Shown here piece after piece: positions 12,901 through 26,579 of a stretch of 64,000 nucleotides of DNA. The translations under genes and the position numbers were made by a program. The notes beneath the pieces were generated by a model. That model made no database searches. It had not been told where the DNA came from and saw nothing but the letters and a program-made list of their open reading frames with translations. Location of the stretch: NCBI GenBank assembly GCA_028023455.1, contig JAQFVV010000006.1, positions 11,966,001-12,030,000 of the forward strand. Reading direction: 5' to 3'. Each line of letters begins with the position of its first letter. Positions within the stretch are counted from its first letter, which is position 1. The stretch comes from Epiperipatus broadwayi (taxonomy: Eukaryota; Animalia; Onychophora).

Positions 12901-14454
12901 GCCATTGTAAATATTTTTGTGTAGAATAAAATTTTGTATTAATAGAGAAATTGACAATTAGGAAAGAGAAGCAACCAGATCTAAAGATTTTAAAAATATG
13001 AATTAGAAGAACAAAAAGGTATGTTAGTAGAATAAGATAACAGTGATCTAGTCATTGGTTGAAGGGTCATGGCTATTAAAAGCATGAAATAAAAAAAGAG
13101 TTAAACTTTAAGCAGGGAAGAAAGTCTTTTAACGTTTAGGTCCTTTATTCTATCACTGCACACAATTGGATAAGATGTTAACATAGACGTATTAAAAATA
13201 AATAAATGTGAAATGATTATTTAATGAATATGATTGGAAAAAAGAGAATAGGATTGAACACACACTTTGAGACAGAAAATTAGATTGTTGTAAAAGACTG
13301 TGAAGAATAAAAGAAAGAGCAATAGAAGAAGAATAAAGATAATCAACGATATTTAAAAATAGTAGTTATGAGTATTTGAGAAAAAGAGCAAGAAACAGAA
13401 ATGCTTGAAAAAAGAAGATTGATGGGAGAGACCTGTCTTGTGACAGATAATTAATAATTATGCAGGTAAATAAGTAAAATAGTCTTTAAATGGTCCACTT
13501 CTGAGAAAAATTCTCTACAAACACCCCTCAAGAAGAAACAACGAAGGAGAAAATATTCACGAGGCCTTTCAGTTCCAGATTATAAGGATTTGAGCGATTT
13601 TTATCTTTGCCTTGCTTTCTGGGTAAAATATGCTCATTTACTCATCATTATTAGATGGTTTTCTGGATCGTCTACGTGGCTGGCTGCTAGAAAAAAACAT
13701 ATTTGATATTGAATTTCATTAGACCCTAATTTGAACCCAGGTCATAGACATGGTAGACAAATGATACAGCTATGAATATATGTACATTAAACTTCCTTTT
13801 TCTGAAATATATAATACTTATATACACACGTGTGGACTTGTTTTTTAACTTGCTTTTAAAAAGATAATCGCAATTAAAAAAAGAAAAAAGGAAAAACATT
13901 GAAACATTTAAATCTTTTGTACTTTTTATAAAAATAATTAAATTTTTCTTAATTATTTTAGAACTTAAAAATATTTTAAATCGATTTCTTATTAAATATT
14001 TAAGCTCAAATATTTCTTAATTAAAAAAAAAGTTATTAATATTAATGCAAAAAGCATTATAATATTAATTTGTAAATTATTTTTCCTTAATTACAAAAGG
14101 AAAACAATTAAAGCGAAAAACGTAAGCAAGGCAATTTCGTTAGCAAGAAGACTCCAGTAACGTATTAAGATGTTTCTAAAGAAATGCATACGTGATTAAA
14201 ATTGACTTAAATCTGTCAGCGTAAACCGGCTGAAATCTTGAAAGCCTGGTGAATTAATTTATTTTGAACAAATATTTATAAAACTATAATACAAATAGCA
14301 ATCCGATATAATACAAAACTGGAATCCAATATCTTACAGTTTAGAAGAAAGCTACATAAACAATATAATGTTTAGCTAATAAATAGCATAAATTCTTATA
14401 AACAGATTGTGTAAACTTTCTTATTATTAAATACTTATATATACAAAGAATTAT

Positions 14455-14700
14455 GGGAATATATATGTTGGGTGTGCCAAGGAGGAGTTTAAAGAGAAAT
14501 ACTTAGGTGGGAAAAAACACAAACATCATTGAAAAAATTGAGATATTTGAAATGGATCTGGGCTGAACAAGAGATAACAAAAGATGGTAACTAAAATCTT
14601 AAACCGGATTTTTAAATATTGTAAAACACCTAGAAAGAGACCACGTGTGAAATGGATGGACAAGAAAGTTTGTTGTCATAATGTGGAGAAAATCTCATTC
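14455..14700 (+). mobile_element. RTE LINE 3' fragment
   Basis: Encodes CKTPRKRPRVKWMD, matching 25380-25430. Confidence 0.75.
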
Positions 14701-14904
14701 AACAATGGATTGATTAAAAGTGATATATTAAATACAATATTTATAGGCTTTGTGATGTTGTTGTGACACATCAGTTCGAATATGGAGCAAGTAATCTTGG
14801 AAGGCGTTACATTTCAATCAGGCTTAGGATTTTTATTTCAAATAGCTGATCCACAGCAATTCAGTCAACCATCTAATATTGGTTGTTGTGTGGGTATTTA
14901 TTTC

Positions 14905-15470
14905 ATCATCATTTTCAATCATTATAAATCCACTGCAGGATGAAGATTTCTAACAAGTTCAGTTCATTTTCTTTAATCTCTCTTCTCCACATTACTCCCA
15001 TACACTTTCTTATTTGACCCATCCATCGCACATGTGGCCTTTTCTGGGTCTTTTACAATCTCTTGGAATTCAGTTTAAGATTTCAATTGTCCATCTATTA
15101 TCGTCTTTTCTGGCAATATGTCCAGCCCAACTTCACTTGTCTCTTAATTATTTCAATGATATCAGTAACACCTGTTTGTTCTTTTACCCTGTTTTTGATC
15201 TCTTCTTTTTAGTTGTAATATGCATCTCTCCATACTTCTTTGACTGGTCTGAACTCTTTGTATTGCTCTTTTGTTAAGTGTCCAAGTCTCAAATCTATAA
15301 GTAAGAACTGGTAAAACACATTTACTAAAAACCTTTTCCAACCACATAGGTATATCTCTTTTTAAGTTATCTCTACCAAAAGCACTACAAACATGTTTAA
15401 TTCTATGATTCATATTGCTCATTATGTTCCATCTTAGTAATAATCTACCCAAGGTATTTGTATTATTAAA
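14905..15470 (-). mobile_element. RTE LINE 3' fragment
   Basis: Minus ORF SAFGR...KCVLPVLTYRFETWTLNKRAIQRVQTSQRSMERC; ends in a (GAT)n-like tail. Confidence 0.85.
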
Positions 15471-16225
15471 TAGAAGATAAAGCAATAGAGAGAAAAATGC
15501 TCAAACTCTCAGTAATTGGCAAGCCTAGTAAGCAATGGCTTTTCTTTCTTCTAATAAGATATGTTTGAAGATGTCTTTACAACCTGGTCATTTTATTTCT
15601 TTTATATATATATAATGTTTTCCTGATAATAAGACCCAGTTTTATGCTAAGTTTTGCTCTAAAAGACATTGAAGAGTTTATTTTCAGGAATATCTTATTT
15701 TTAATGTACAAAAATTTATATTTATTCAAGTACTTCTTCTTTTTACAGAAAGCTGTAAGACTCTTACCCCAAGACCCCTCTACAATTTCTTTTATATTCA
15801 TCAGAATAGCTCTTTCTTTTTGCACTCATCTTATCTGGTGATCAGAATATTATTCAGTTTAAATTTACCATTAAATCAAGTGTTAATTGAAAACCTGCAA
15901 GACAGGATTCGTAACAAAAATAATTACAGTTAAGAATAGTTTATTTACACAAAAGCAATAAAAAAATGCAAACACAAAAATCCAGGAAATGTTTCTGTAT
16001 TTCACACATGCTTATTAAGTACACCCGTTGTAACTTAGGTGTATTGAATTATGATGATAAATCATTTCCAGAATCTTAATAAAATACTTTAGAAATAAAA
16101 AAAATGTTTAAGAAATCAAACTAATTTTTCTTTTGTCTTCAATATTTAAAAGCTATCACAATGAAACCTACAACTGAATCAAGCATTTTAAATCTAAATA
16201 TTGAATATATATATAAATGCTGGCC

Positions 16226-16357
16226 TTGAGTTGGTATTTTGGATCTAGTGTCTGAATATCTTAGTGTCTCACTGAGGAGAGCCATTAACTCGAAACGCGT
16301 TTGGAGAAGGTGATATTTCTAGATAATATAAAGCTTGTTTAGAGCTATTAGGATGCT
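16226..16357 (+). ncRNA. Canonical minimal type I hammerhead ribozyme (family 4); core 16266-16307
   Basis: TCTCA-CTGAGGA-GAG(CCATTAA)CTC-GAAAC-GC-GTT-TGGAGA, with palindromic stem III ACGCGT. Flanks resemble 55994-56165. Confidence 0.75.
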
Positions 16358-16854
16358 CATTTTTTTACTTTTGTAACAAGCTTATTAAGTCATGTGATAT
16401 ATGACACAATTTCCTTACTATAATAAGTACCTAAAATATAAAAATGATGTTACAAATTATTCAATATATTGACTTCTTTATACAGGTAGAATGACATTTG
16501 TCGAAAATTGTCGATATAAAAATACAAAAGAACCATATAATTTGTATTAGCATTTATTTAAAGCATTAATGTCAATAATATTGTTTATTTATACATTCAT
16601 TACTTTATAATTCAATGTGTCCAACCATCTATGTGACTGATCATCTCAACTAGGGCTTACATTTGGGGAGGGATTATAAGTATTCTGAAAAATTATGCTA
16701 TGCCCTATTTTTTGGTTAGGTCTTATTATCGGTGAAACACAGCAATGCAAGAATTACTTAACCAATATAAATGTTTGTTTTCACATTGAATCTTTAATTG
16801 TAAAATTTGTCAACATCAAACAAGTTAGATTCATAGCCTAAGGTTTATTTTTTT

Positions 16855-17095
16855 GTCATCATCATTGTCAACCATTATCAATTCACTGCAGAATGAAGGT
16901 CACTGCAAGTTCAATCCATATTCTTCAATCTCTAGCCTCTCTTCTCCTCATCATCCATCCACACGTTCTTATTTTATCCATCCATCTCAAATGTGGTCTC
17001 TTTCTGGGTCTTTTACAATCTCTTGGAATCCAGTTTAAGATTTCAATTGTCCATCTATTATCATTTCTTCTAGCAATATTTCCAACCCAACTCCA
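16855..17095 (-). mobile_element. RTE LINE 3' fragment
   Basis: Reverse complement of the 25310-25545 RTE end. Confidence 0.8.
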
Positions 17096-17453
17096 CAAGA
17101 TAAAAAATTAAATCATAATGATATGCTTTTGAAGATGTACCTCCTCCATATGAGATCAAGACTGCACCCTATTATTTTTATCTCACTAATCTAAGATATT
17201 AAAAGATCTTTATAGCTAATAATAGTTCAATAAACATGTAGTGACCAAGACTGCATGGTTACATGGGTTGGTTATAAGCTGGTCACTTGTTTAAAAAAAC
17301 ACATACCTGTTTATGACATGATAAACTTCTCAAAGTTTGCCTGATGGCACTCAACACCTGATTATAATATACCAGATGGCCTAAGCAACCAGGAATCAAG
17401 TAGTAAAAAAGTCATTTTGCTCTCTATCTTTCCTATTTAATATTCCTCAAGAA

Positions 17454-17454
<1 letters not shown>

Positions 17455-17491
<37 letters not shown>
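17455..17491. repeat. (TA)n microsatellite
   Basis: Perfect TA run. Confidence 0.95.
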
Positions 17492-17494
<3 letters not shown>

Positions 17495-18159
17495 AATGGG
17501 CAGCAATTTTACAACAAACACAACATTGAACTTATACTGAGGGGTACAAACTATCATGTAAGAATTACTATAAGTTAGGGATTTTGTCCCACTATCATTC
17601 TCTAGTTGGGAACCATTATGTTTAAAGCAGAACCTAAAATTCAAAGAATAGGATTTAAATCCATTCATTTGGTTCAATTTCATAAATATAATAAATTTAT
17701 CTATCTTGATCATTCCTTATTAATAATTCCTATCTATCCTGAACTTTATGTATACCTTTTTCCATAGCCCACAGCAAATACTTAAATATTACATTGCTAG
17801 GTTGGTATTTGCACAAGTCTCCCATTACTTTTTAGGCCTTGATAGAAATGAACTAAAATATTTAAAGAGATTCAGGAGAATTTTAATAATAAAATTAAAA
17901 AGGATCTAATAATAAAGAAAGATGATTATACTGATATATAAATTCAAGCTTAAGATTTCACCATAATTAAATAAAATTATGTTATGTTTTATGAGATTCA
18001 GAGATCTATGAATTTAATTGAAACTATTTTATTTATTTTTAAATCATTTGAGTATATGTTTAGCAAATCTACTTTAACATAATTATCTGTCCACATCATG
18101 TGTGTCAAACTAAATGACATGAAAAACATTATATTCAGGTTTGGAAAATAAATGATACT

Positions 18160-18530
18160 TCATCATCATAATCATTTTTGACTATTATTGATACCCTGCA
18201 GGATGAAGGTCCTTCCAAATCTAATCCACTTTCTCTGATCTCTATCCTCTCTGCAGCACATCAGCCAACTTTCTTATTTTATCCACTAATTTCACATGTG
18301 ATCTTTTTCCAGGTCTTTTACAATATTTTGGGATTCAATTTATGATTTCAACTCTATTGACCTATTATCATATCTTCTAGAAATATATCTAGCTCAACTC
18401 CTTTTCAGTCTTTTAACTTTTTCAATGATGTTAGTGACATGTTGTTGTGTCACCCATGTATTTCATTTTCATGCTACTCCTAACACAATCTTTCCATTTC
18501 TTCATTGAGTAGTCTGAAGTCTCTGTATGA
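18160..18530 (-). mobile_element. RTE LINE 3' fragment
   Basis: Decayed reverse complement of 25180-25545. Confidence 0.7.
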
Positions 18531-19639
18531 ACAAGTATTTAGGCAAAAAACATTTTTTAAAAAAAAAAAAAAAAAATAATTAAAATTTTAATTTATGCAA
18601 TAAAAGGTATTTTATTTATACAACACAATATTTTATTTATTAAGCTCATAAAACATTTACAGATGTGGAGCAATTCACATTAACTTAAAAGAAGTTAGTT
18701 TTTCTCTGCATGGCTAGTACCAAAATAAGATTATTTATAATATATAGCTACAGGTCTGATTATAACACCCACAGGTTATATTATTTATTATGGAGGCAGG
18801 TATATGCAGGTTACAGGCAATTGCTTAAAACTCATTCTAATGTGTAATGGATGGAATCTCAGTAATATGATATTACAGGGTATTTAATAACACTGCTGCC
18901 ACTTTCAGATTATTTTCATTCTCTTTTAGGTATCTATAACACTATTTTTTCCAGGTATGTATTTGTTTGATGATAGACACTGGAACTAAATTAAATATTG
19001 ATTTGTTAGTTCAAAAAAAACTTGAAGAGGTCAGTATTTTACAAAGAATTACAAATGAAATGATAACATTGCTGATTGATAGATTCTTTCAGAGAATAAT
19101 TACTAGATTTCTTGTAGCCTCTTTTTCTATTGTTGTTAGAAATGAGTAAAAATTGCATATTTTCTATAATTTCAAAATAAATCACATGACCTCCTGAGAA
19201 AGTAACGTGATTACTTTTTTTAAAAATTACATTTATGATCAAGCATTAATTTTGTCACATAGTTATTATTTCTTATTCTTGCATAAGCTATCAAAATAAT
19301 AGCAATTGTCTTTATACAGAAGTGCCCCTCAGGGCAAGCAATAGTAGTCAATATAAGCCTTGCAAGCTGTACAAATAATAGATACCAGAAGGCATTTATT
19401 TATTATTATAGTTTGCATTTGGAGGCACTATGTTATGGAGAGAGTTGATCTTACATTAATTATATCCAAAAAACAATCAATTGAATGCAATGCCACAAAA
19501 ATAGGTTGTACTTTAGTTCAGGTTAGACTAGTTGGCCAATTAAAAGTCACAACCTCAAAAATTCATAAACTTACACAAAACAGTCAATAATAACACTCTT
19601 ACTAATGGATTTGAGAATTACTTAACAAAAGAACAACAA

Positions 19640-19975
19640 AGAAATTTCAGACCACTTGGTGAAAGATGGAGAGATGTATGTTAAGAACAATAAGAGATCA
19701 AAAACAAAATACATAGGTAGAACAAACAGGTTTACTGACATTATTGAAAGAATTAAGATTCTCAAATGGACTTGGGATGGACATATTGCTAGAAGTTTTA
19801 TAATAATAGATGGACATTTGAAAACTTAAATGGAATTATTGTAAAAGACCTAGAAAAAAACACTTGTGAAAAGGATGAAATAAGAAAGTTTGCTGGTATA
19901 ATGTGAAAAAGAGAGGGTAGAGATCACAAAAGTGGATTAAACTTAGTGAATTGATAATGATTGAAAATGATGTTA
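19640..19975 (+). mobile_element. RTE LINE 3' fragment
   Basis: Reads KWTWDGHIAR-like; matches 25190-25530. Confidence 0.7.
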
Positions 19976-19989
19976 GCAATTTAAAAAAA

Positions 19990-20100
19990 GGCATGTGGGT
20001 TTATTGCTCAGCAGCTCATTGAAAGTTTGAACACCAGACCTGAGAGAGCCAGATATCTCAATCATAAGTCAAGCAATCTACCAACTGCGCTAAACTACTT
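19990..20100 (-). mobile_element. tRNA-derived SINE, family C
   Basis: Minus strand has TAGCGCAGTTGG (A box) and the tail ctggtgttcaaactt...gagcaataaac, shared with 53320-53405, 39170-39310, 38780-39155 and 5645-5710. Confidence 0.55.
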
Positions 20101-21959
20101 GTTATCGATGATTAAAGTTTTCAAATGCTGTTCACTTCATCTTAATTTATTAAAATTTAAAATTTGTGGGATATTGTTTACATAAACGTAAGTGCTGGCC
20201 TGAATTTTTTTTTTTTAAAAAAAATTTGTTTAAAACTCTAGATGTGTTTAAATCAAATTTTTTAGGAAGCATTTTTTTTTTGAAATGTGAAAAGTCAGAG
20301 TAGAAAGTAGTTTCTTGTCACTTTAGAAGGGTTAAACACTTAAAAGACTATTGAAATCTCAAACCAGCTTAAAACTTTCCTATTAAAAAATCAAATCCAA
20401 CTTAATAACAAATTCAAGAAGTTAAATATAGATTCACTTTTTGGCCTGCATTTTCTCTTCAACAGTTTATGAATTTAAAGAAATATGAATGGTTTAAAGA
20501 TATTTTTAAATGATAAGTTTAAAGAAATCAATAAGACTTCAAAAGGTACTTTTTATTGATAGGAGCAAGACGGCGAGAAAAGAGCAGTAATAACACTGTT
20601 AAAGAACTGCAGTATTTAGAAAAAATTGCTTCTTTTTGAAAGAAAACTAATTTTGCAAAATTAGCTTCTTTAAAAAATAAAAAGACATTTTTATAACTAA
20701 ATAATAAAAAAACAAGTCAAATTAACAAATCATGAGATCACTCATATATAAATACTTGATTTTCAAATTGATAAAAATAAAAAATAATCGAAGATCTAGT
20801 TGTTCATAAGATCATGTGACATTCTTGGAACAAGACACAATAACCTCAATCCAGTTATCATTACTCTCGTTTCCATTTCTCTACCATTACGTAAAACTCC
20901 TCAGGGCTTTCAAATTAATTATGAATATGCTTAAAAAATAATGGCTATACAAAAAAAATCAATAAGTTAAGGCAGTTTAATTTATTTTATTTTTTTACCA
21001 AAATAATATTAATAATAATTTTAGTATCATTTTTTAATCCAAGTTTCTTGAAAATATTTGCATTTTTCAGAGCTGGGCCAAACAATTTTTCATTGTTTCA
21101 GTTGAACCGGAACAGCTCTGCCTCTTAAAGTTATCAGAAAGGTTTTTAATGCATATATAGAAATCTTCAGAACGTAAAGATGTTGTATTTGCCTGCCATG
21201 TCTACAACCAGGGGTTGAATCTAGGCCAAATAAATTTCTTTCCAAGAGGCTGAGGAATTTTGGTCTCAGGTAGCTGCTTATAACCAATCTAAACTAACCA
21301 TCTAACATTGGTCAGAAATGGGTTTCTAAATATTCTTAACTTAAAGAATAAATAATGTATAAAAACGTTGCCTTCCCTCCATTATACCTCTATGGTGGGG
21401 GGGGGGTATTAAAGATGGCTGTTTATTGATTTACCTATTTACAGTTTATATGGAGCAGAAGCATGGAAAATTAGAATAAGTGAGGGGGAAAATTGAGGCT
21501 TTAGGGATGTGAATTTGGGGGAAAAATGAAAAGAACTAGGAAAAGTAATATGAGAATTATAGAGAAATTGTATTGATCTTGTGCTTGTAAAAGCAGAAAA
21601 ATTATGAAAATTATATTGGAAAGAACTGAAAAAGATATTGGAAAAAAAATAAGTAAATGAAAAAAAAATGAATGAAGATCTGAATAGAGCAGAAGACAGA
21701 AAAGTATGAGGAATCTAAGTGGTAATTACATTTGAATAGATAAATGACGATCACCTAAAAACTGATTCAGGAAACCATTATAAGCTTTTGAGTCACTAAG
21801 CTACTCTTGTATTACTGATAATTAAGTATTATGACTTGACTGGAATCTTTTTGCCAATAAACTTTTTAGAATTATAAAACCTATTTTTAAAAAAGTTAAT
21901 ATATTCTAAGCCATACATATTGTATAGGGTAATGGCAGATTGATAAGCTAAAAATAAAA

Positions 21960-22500
21960 TTTTTTAGATCAAAGCTCAAATTTTTACTTCTCATATTCAA
22001 ATATTACATGACCACCTAAGCAACTAATCATTCAATCGCATTGCTTTAGTGGGTCAATAAAGTAATAAACTTATGAAGTAAAAATACTTATTTCAAAGTT
22101 GAACCCATCCCTTTTGATGCTCAAATGTCACATGACCACACAAGCATCTAATTAATCATTCAATTATATTGCTCTGTGCAGTAAGTGCGTTAATGGAGTA
22201 ATAAATTTTTGAGGCAAAATATTTATATCAAAGGTGAACCCATCCCTTTTGATGCTCAAATGTCACATGACCACCCAAGCAACTAATCATTCAGTTAAAT
22301 TGCTCTGTGCAGTAAGCGCGTTAATAGGATAATAGACTTGTGATGTAGTTCAAATGTCACATAACCCCCAAACAACTAATCATTCAATTATATTTGCTCT
22401 GTGCAATAAGGGTTAATAAGGTAAACTTGTGAGGTAAATATACTTGTATCAAAGTTGAATCTTTTCATTTTGACTCAAAAGTTGCAACTGTTCATTAAAT
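21960..22500. repeat. Diverged tandem repeat, about 4 units of 95-135 bp
   Basis: tcaaatgtcacatgaccac...aactaatcattca recurs at about 21997, 22121, 22256 and 22351. Confidence 0.85.
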
Positions 22501-24429
22501 TATATTTCCCTAAGCAATAATAGAGTAATGATATCATGAACTAAAGATTGATTTGACCAAAGCTTATCCTATTGCTCCTGGTATTAATTTTTCTAAAATC
22601 GCTATTTAATTATATTAACCAGTGCAAATAAGTGCTATAATAGTCGTGGATTCATGGCCCACTCATCGTTTAATGATTATTATTATATAATAAAATTGAC
22701 AACATAATTTACTTTAACTCTATGCTGTAGATACAATTATATAACAATATTAATTGCAAAACGTAAATCACACAGTAATTTCGTTCTCCATATTAGCATT
22801 TAATCTAAGTTTAAATTAAAATGCAACAACCTTCTGACAGCGATACCAAATGATACAGACTACTTCATGTTTAATCCAAATTTTCCAACTACGACCTTTT
22901 TTTAATTTATCACTTTAATCAGGGACAATTTACGGCAATGGAAGGGTTTAGAGACTTAAGCTTTATTTAAAATTATAATAGCGTTTGAGAGTGGAAAAGA
23001 TCAGGCAAATACTATTAGAAAAAATGTTAGATTAATTTACATATTAAAACAAAATAAAAAACTACACTAAAAACACTTTTCCGTCCATCTGAGAATCATT
23101 TATTTAATATGCATTCTGATTAGAATATTATTAAGATATTTAAGAAGAGGTAATGATTGATAACATAAAAAGAGAGAGGAGGATTTGACTAATATATTAA
23201 ATGTAATCATAAAATTTTAATTACAACGTCTTTCCTCAACTAAGATAATAAAAAAGTTTTAAAGATAAAGCGGGGGAGGGGAATTAAACAAAACATTTTT
23301 CTTGATGAACAGAAAATATATATATAGCGTAATAAGAGTGTTGTGTGCTTCAAATGTTGGGGGGGGGGCTCCCTATGTATACAATCTGGGTTCAAATATG
23401 AGCCTAGTAAAACTTTTAGAACTTTTTGGATTTTCATCAGTTTAGATTTATTTTTCTTTCAAGTAATCAGTTTGTAGATAAACCAGCAAGCTATTCAATA
23501 TTGATCAGTCAATGGCTCTTCAGTTATTTTTTGTAGTCTGATGACAAAATTTAAACATAAAAAACCAGTGACAATTGGCAAGCCAAGCTAAGCTATTAAC
23601 ATTTTTTTAAAATTCTGTTCCTTTATAAAAGAAAAGACGGAGGGAGGGGACTATTGAGGAGGACAATGCCCAGCAGGGGTTTATTTGAAAACTAATATTC
23701 ATAATATAACAAAAATAGTTTTAAAATTGACAATTTATCAAAAATTATTATTACGTTTAACATTAATAAAAATGGTTATCTAATTGCAAATATGATTTGT
23801 TTATTTATTATAGTCTTTCAATTTTATATTCCAGATTAAAACTGTATTAAGCTAATAGTGTTTTAACACCCTCTTTTTTTTTAAAAAAAAATATGAATAG
23901 TATAAATTACAAAACATTTTTCATTGTGATAATTTGTGATTTAAATCCATTGAAATATTCAATTTTTATTATTGAAACTTTATCTTGAATACTTATCATT
24001 ATTCAAAACCGTATCGTATTATCATAATGATAAATTACGTGTTAGTTTTCAAATATTCTAATTAGCATAATTTAAATTTATTTTATAATCTAAAATTTGT
24101 AATCAAATTCCTTCATATGAACTGGACAATTAAGTTGAATGTAATCACGTGATCGTCAATTATGTGTATAAAACTAATTAGATTTTTTATTATATATTAA
24201 GATTAATTGCTCAACAATTTAGCATATATATATGTAACCAAAAAAGTAAACCGGCTTTTAAATAAACCATTGTGGAATAAAGGTCCCCTGAAAAAGCCCA
24301 ACATAGAGGAACGGTGAAGTGTAACTCAGCAGGCTGGTGGCTGGCACATGATGAGAGTTTTAATGAAATTTCAATATTTTCATCCATAGAAAAGTACTTA
24401 TTATAAATATGTGGAATTTTATAAGAGTA

Positions 24430-25545
24430 TTTATTTGTTTTTCAGATACATACTAGAGAAATGAGGAGATATTAGTTTGGATTTGTAGATTATGAAAATG
24501 CATTTGATTCTATAAACATTTCTTCAGTGATTAAAACATTGAATCATTGATTCAGGATATTGTCATATTTTAAAGAATATTTATAAAAATGCAATAGCAA
24601 CAATTATATTACATAATGATACTAGAAAAGTCAACATTGAGATGGGTGTAAGACAGGGTGACTCCATATCTCCAAAACTTTTTACAGCAGTGCAGCAAGA
24701 AGTATTTTGTGGATTAAAATGGGGAAGCTAAAGGAGTGAAAGTAAATGGAGATTATTTAAGTCATTTAGATTTTGCAGATGATGTAGTTGTTTTTGAAAA
24801 TAATGCTTTAGAGTTGCAGGAAATGTTGCAAGAGTTATCAGATGAAAGTAGGAAAGTAGGACTAAAGATAAATGTTAAAAAGACTAAAGTAATGTTTCAT
24901 GGATTTTCTCCAAAATATGAAAATAAAGATTGATTATGATGACTTAAAAGAAATTAACAGTTACAAATACCTTGGTCATATTATTAATACAGATAGAAAC
25001 ATAATGGATGAAATTAATCATAGAATTAAACTTGATTGGAGTGCTTTTGGTAGAAATAACTTGATACTAAAAGGAAATATGCCTACATGTTTGAAAAGTA
25101 AGATGTTTAATAAATGTGTTTTACCAGTTCTTACTTATGGATCTGAGACTTAGACACTTAATAGAAGAGCAATACAGAGACTTCAGACCACTCAAAGAAG
25201 TATGGAGAGATGCATGTTGGGAGTAACAAGAAGAGATCAAAAACACAATATATGGGTAAGAGAACAAACAGGTATTACTGATCTCATTGAAAAAATTAAA
25301 AGACTGAAGTGGAGTTGGGCTGGACATATTGCTAGAAGAGATGATAATAGAAGGACAATTGAAATCTTAAACTGGATTCCAAGAGATTGTAAAAGACCCA
25401 GAAAGAGACCACATGTGAGATGGATGGATGAAATAAGAAAGTGTGCAGAGGTGATGTAAAGAAGAGATGCTAGAGATCAGAGTGGATGGATTGAACTTGG
25501 AGAGACCTTCATCCTGCGGTGGATTGATAATGGTTGTTGATGATG
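24430..25545 (+). mobile_element. RTE-clade LINE reverse transcriptase, 5'-truncated and frameshifted
   Basis: RQGDSISPKLF, LSHLDFADDVVVF, YKYLGH, KCVLPVLTYGSET and KWSWAGHIARRDDNR across three frames; (GAT)n-like 3' tail. Confidence 0.92.
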
Positions 25546-25617
25546 AGGTAAAATTTTATTGAATAAATACATTTTAAACCATTTGAAAAATTATCACATA
25601 AAAATATAAAATAATTG

Positions 25618-25717
25618 TTAAGCATTGTTAGCTGAGAGGTCATTGCAGCCGCCTTGCAAGCAAGTAGTTGGTTGCAGACAGTTGTGGGTTCGCGTCCCGG
25701 CTGATGCTATGACATAT
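25618..25717 (+). mobile_element. tRNA-derived SINE, family A
   Basis: Near-identical to 2071-2172; B box GGGTTCGCGTCCC. Confidence 0.7.
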
Positions 25718-26264
25718 GAAAATATATATATATATAAAGTAATTTATTTTGAAATTAATGTTTATTGCATTTAATTTTTGCTACTGCCATTGATAATTAT
25801 TTCATGTAAATATTATGTAAATATATTTTAATGACCAATCTTTCTATTAGTAAAGGGGACATCTAGAAAAATGGAGAGAGTTAGTAAATAAAAAAAATTA
25901 TTCGGTATTCAATACATCAAAAATCAAAACTGAATTACAATAAATATATTTTAATTATCAAACTTTCTAATAATGATGGTTAGGCAGCTAGAGAAATGGA
26001 TAGAATTAGTGTGGGAAATTTTTTATTAGGTATTGAATACATCAAAAATCAAAAATGGAATTTAAATAATAGAACATTAAAAAATTTCTGATTAGAATAT
26101 ATCTTTCTTATATATAAATTATAAATATAGTTTAATAATCAAACTTCATTATATTCTTTTATTTATATTATTATTCTACTGTGTGCAAAACCATGGATCG
26201 ACTTTGCTTGTGATAGTAAAATAAGTGTAATGTAGTTGAGAGAATATTTACTTACATGAAATAA

Positions 26265-26579
26265 ATATAGGGATTTGAAATCAGACTTTCAATTACCCAC
26301 CAGCTATCCATACTATCTCATACAACTGATCTTAATATAAACTGAGCACTGATTATATATATATGTGGGAGATGATAATCTGGACCAACTGATGAGTGCT
26401 GGTTTAGCATGAAATACGTATATTGGTGATTATTTATCTTTTCTACATGTATGTGGTCACGTGTATCAGTTGTATGAGATAGTGTGGATAGATGGTGGGT
26501 GCTTAAAAGTCTGAGTTCAAATCCCCTATATTTACAATTAAAGCTCCAGGTCTGTGAAGAGTGCTTGGTTTTCAAATAT
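26265..26579. mobile_element. HHR family 2 element with inverted arms, tail and TSD
   Basis: Short antisense arm 26265-26331 is the reverse complement of about 26465-26531. A ~48-nt tail follows. 13-bp TSD ttacatgaaataa at 26252-26264 and 26580-26592. Confidence 0.85.
26384..26427 (+). ncRNA. Type I hammerhead ribozyme, family 2
   Basis: ACCAA-CTGATGA-GTGCT(GGTTT)AGCAT-GAAA-TACGTA-TA-TTGGT. Stem I is 5 bp, stem II is 5 bp with a G-U at the base, stem III is the palindrome ATACGTAT, and the predicted cleavage is after AUA (26422). Confidence 0.8.
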
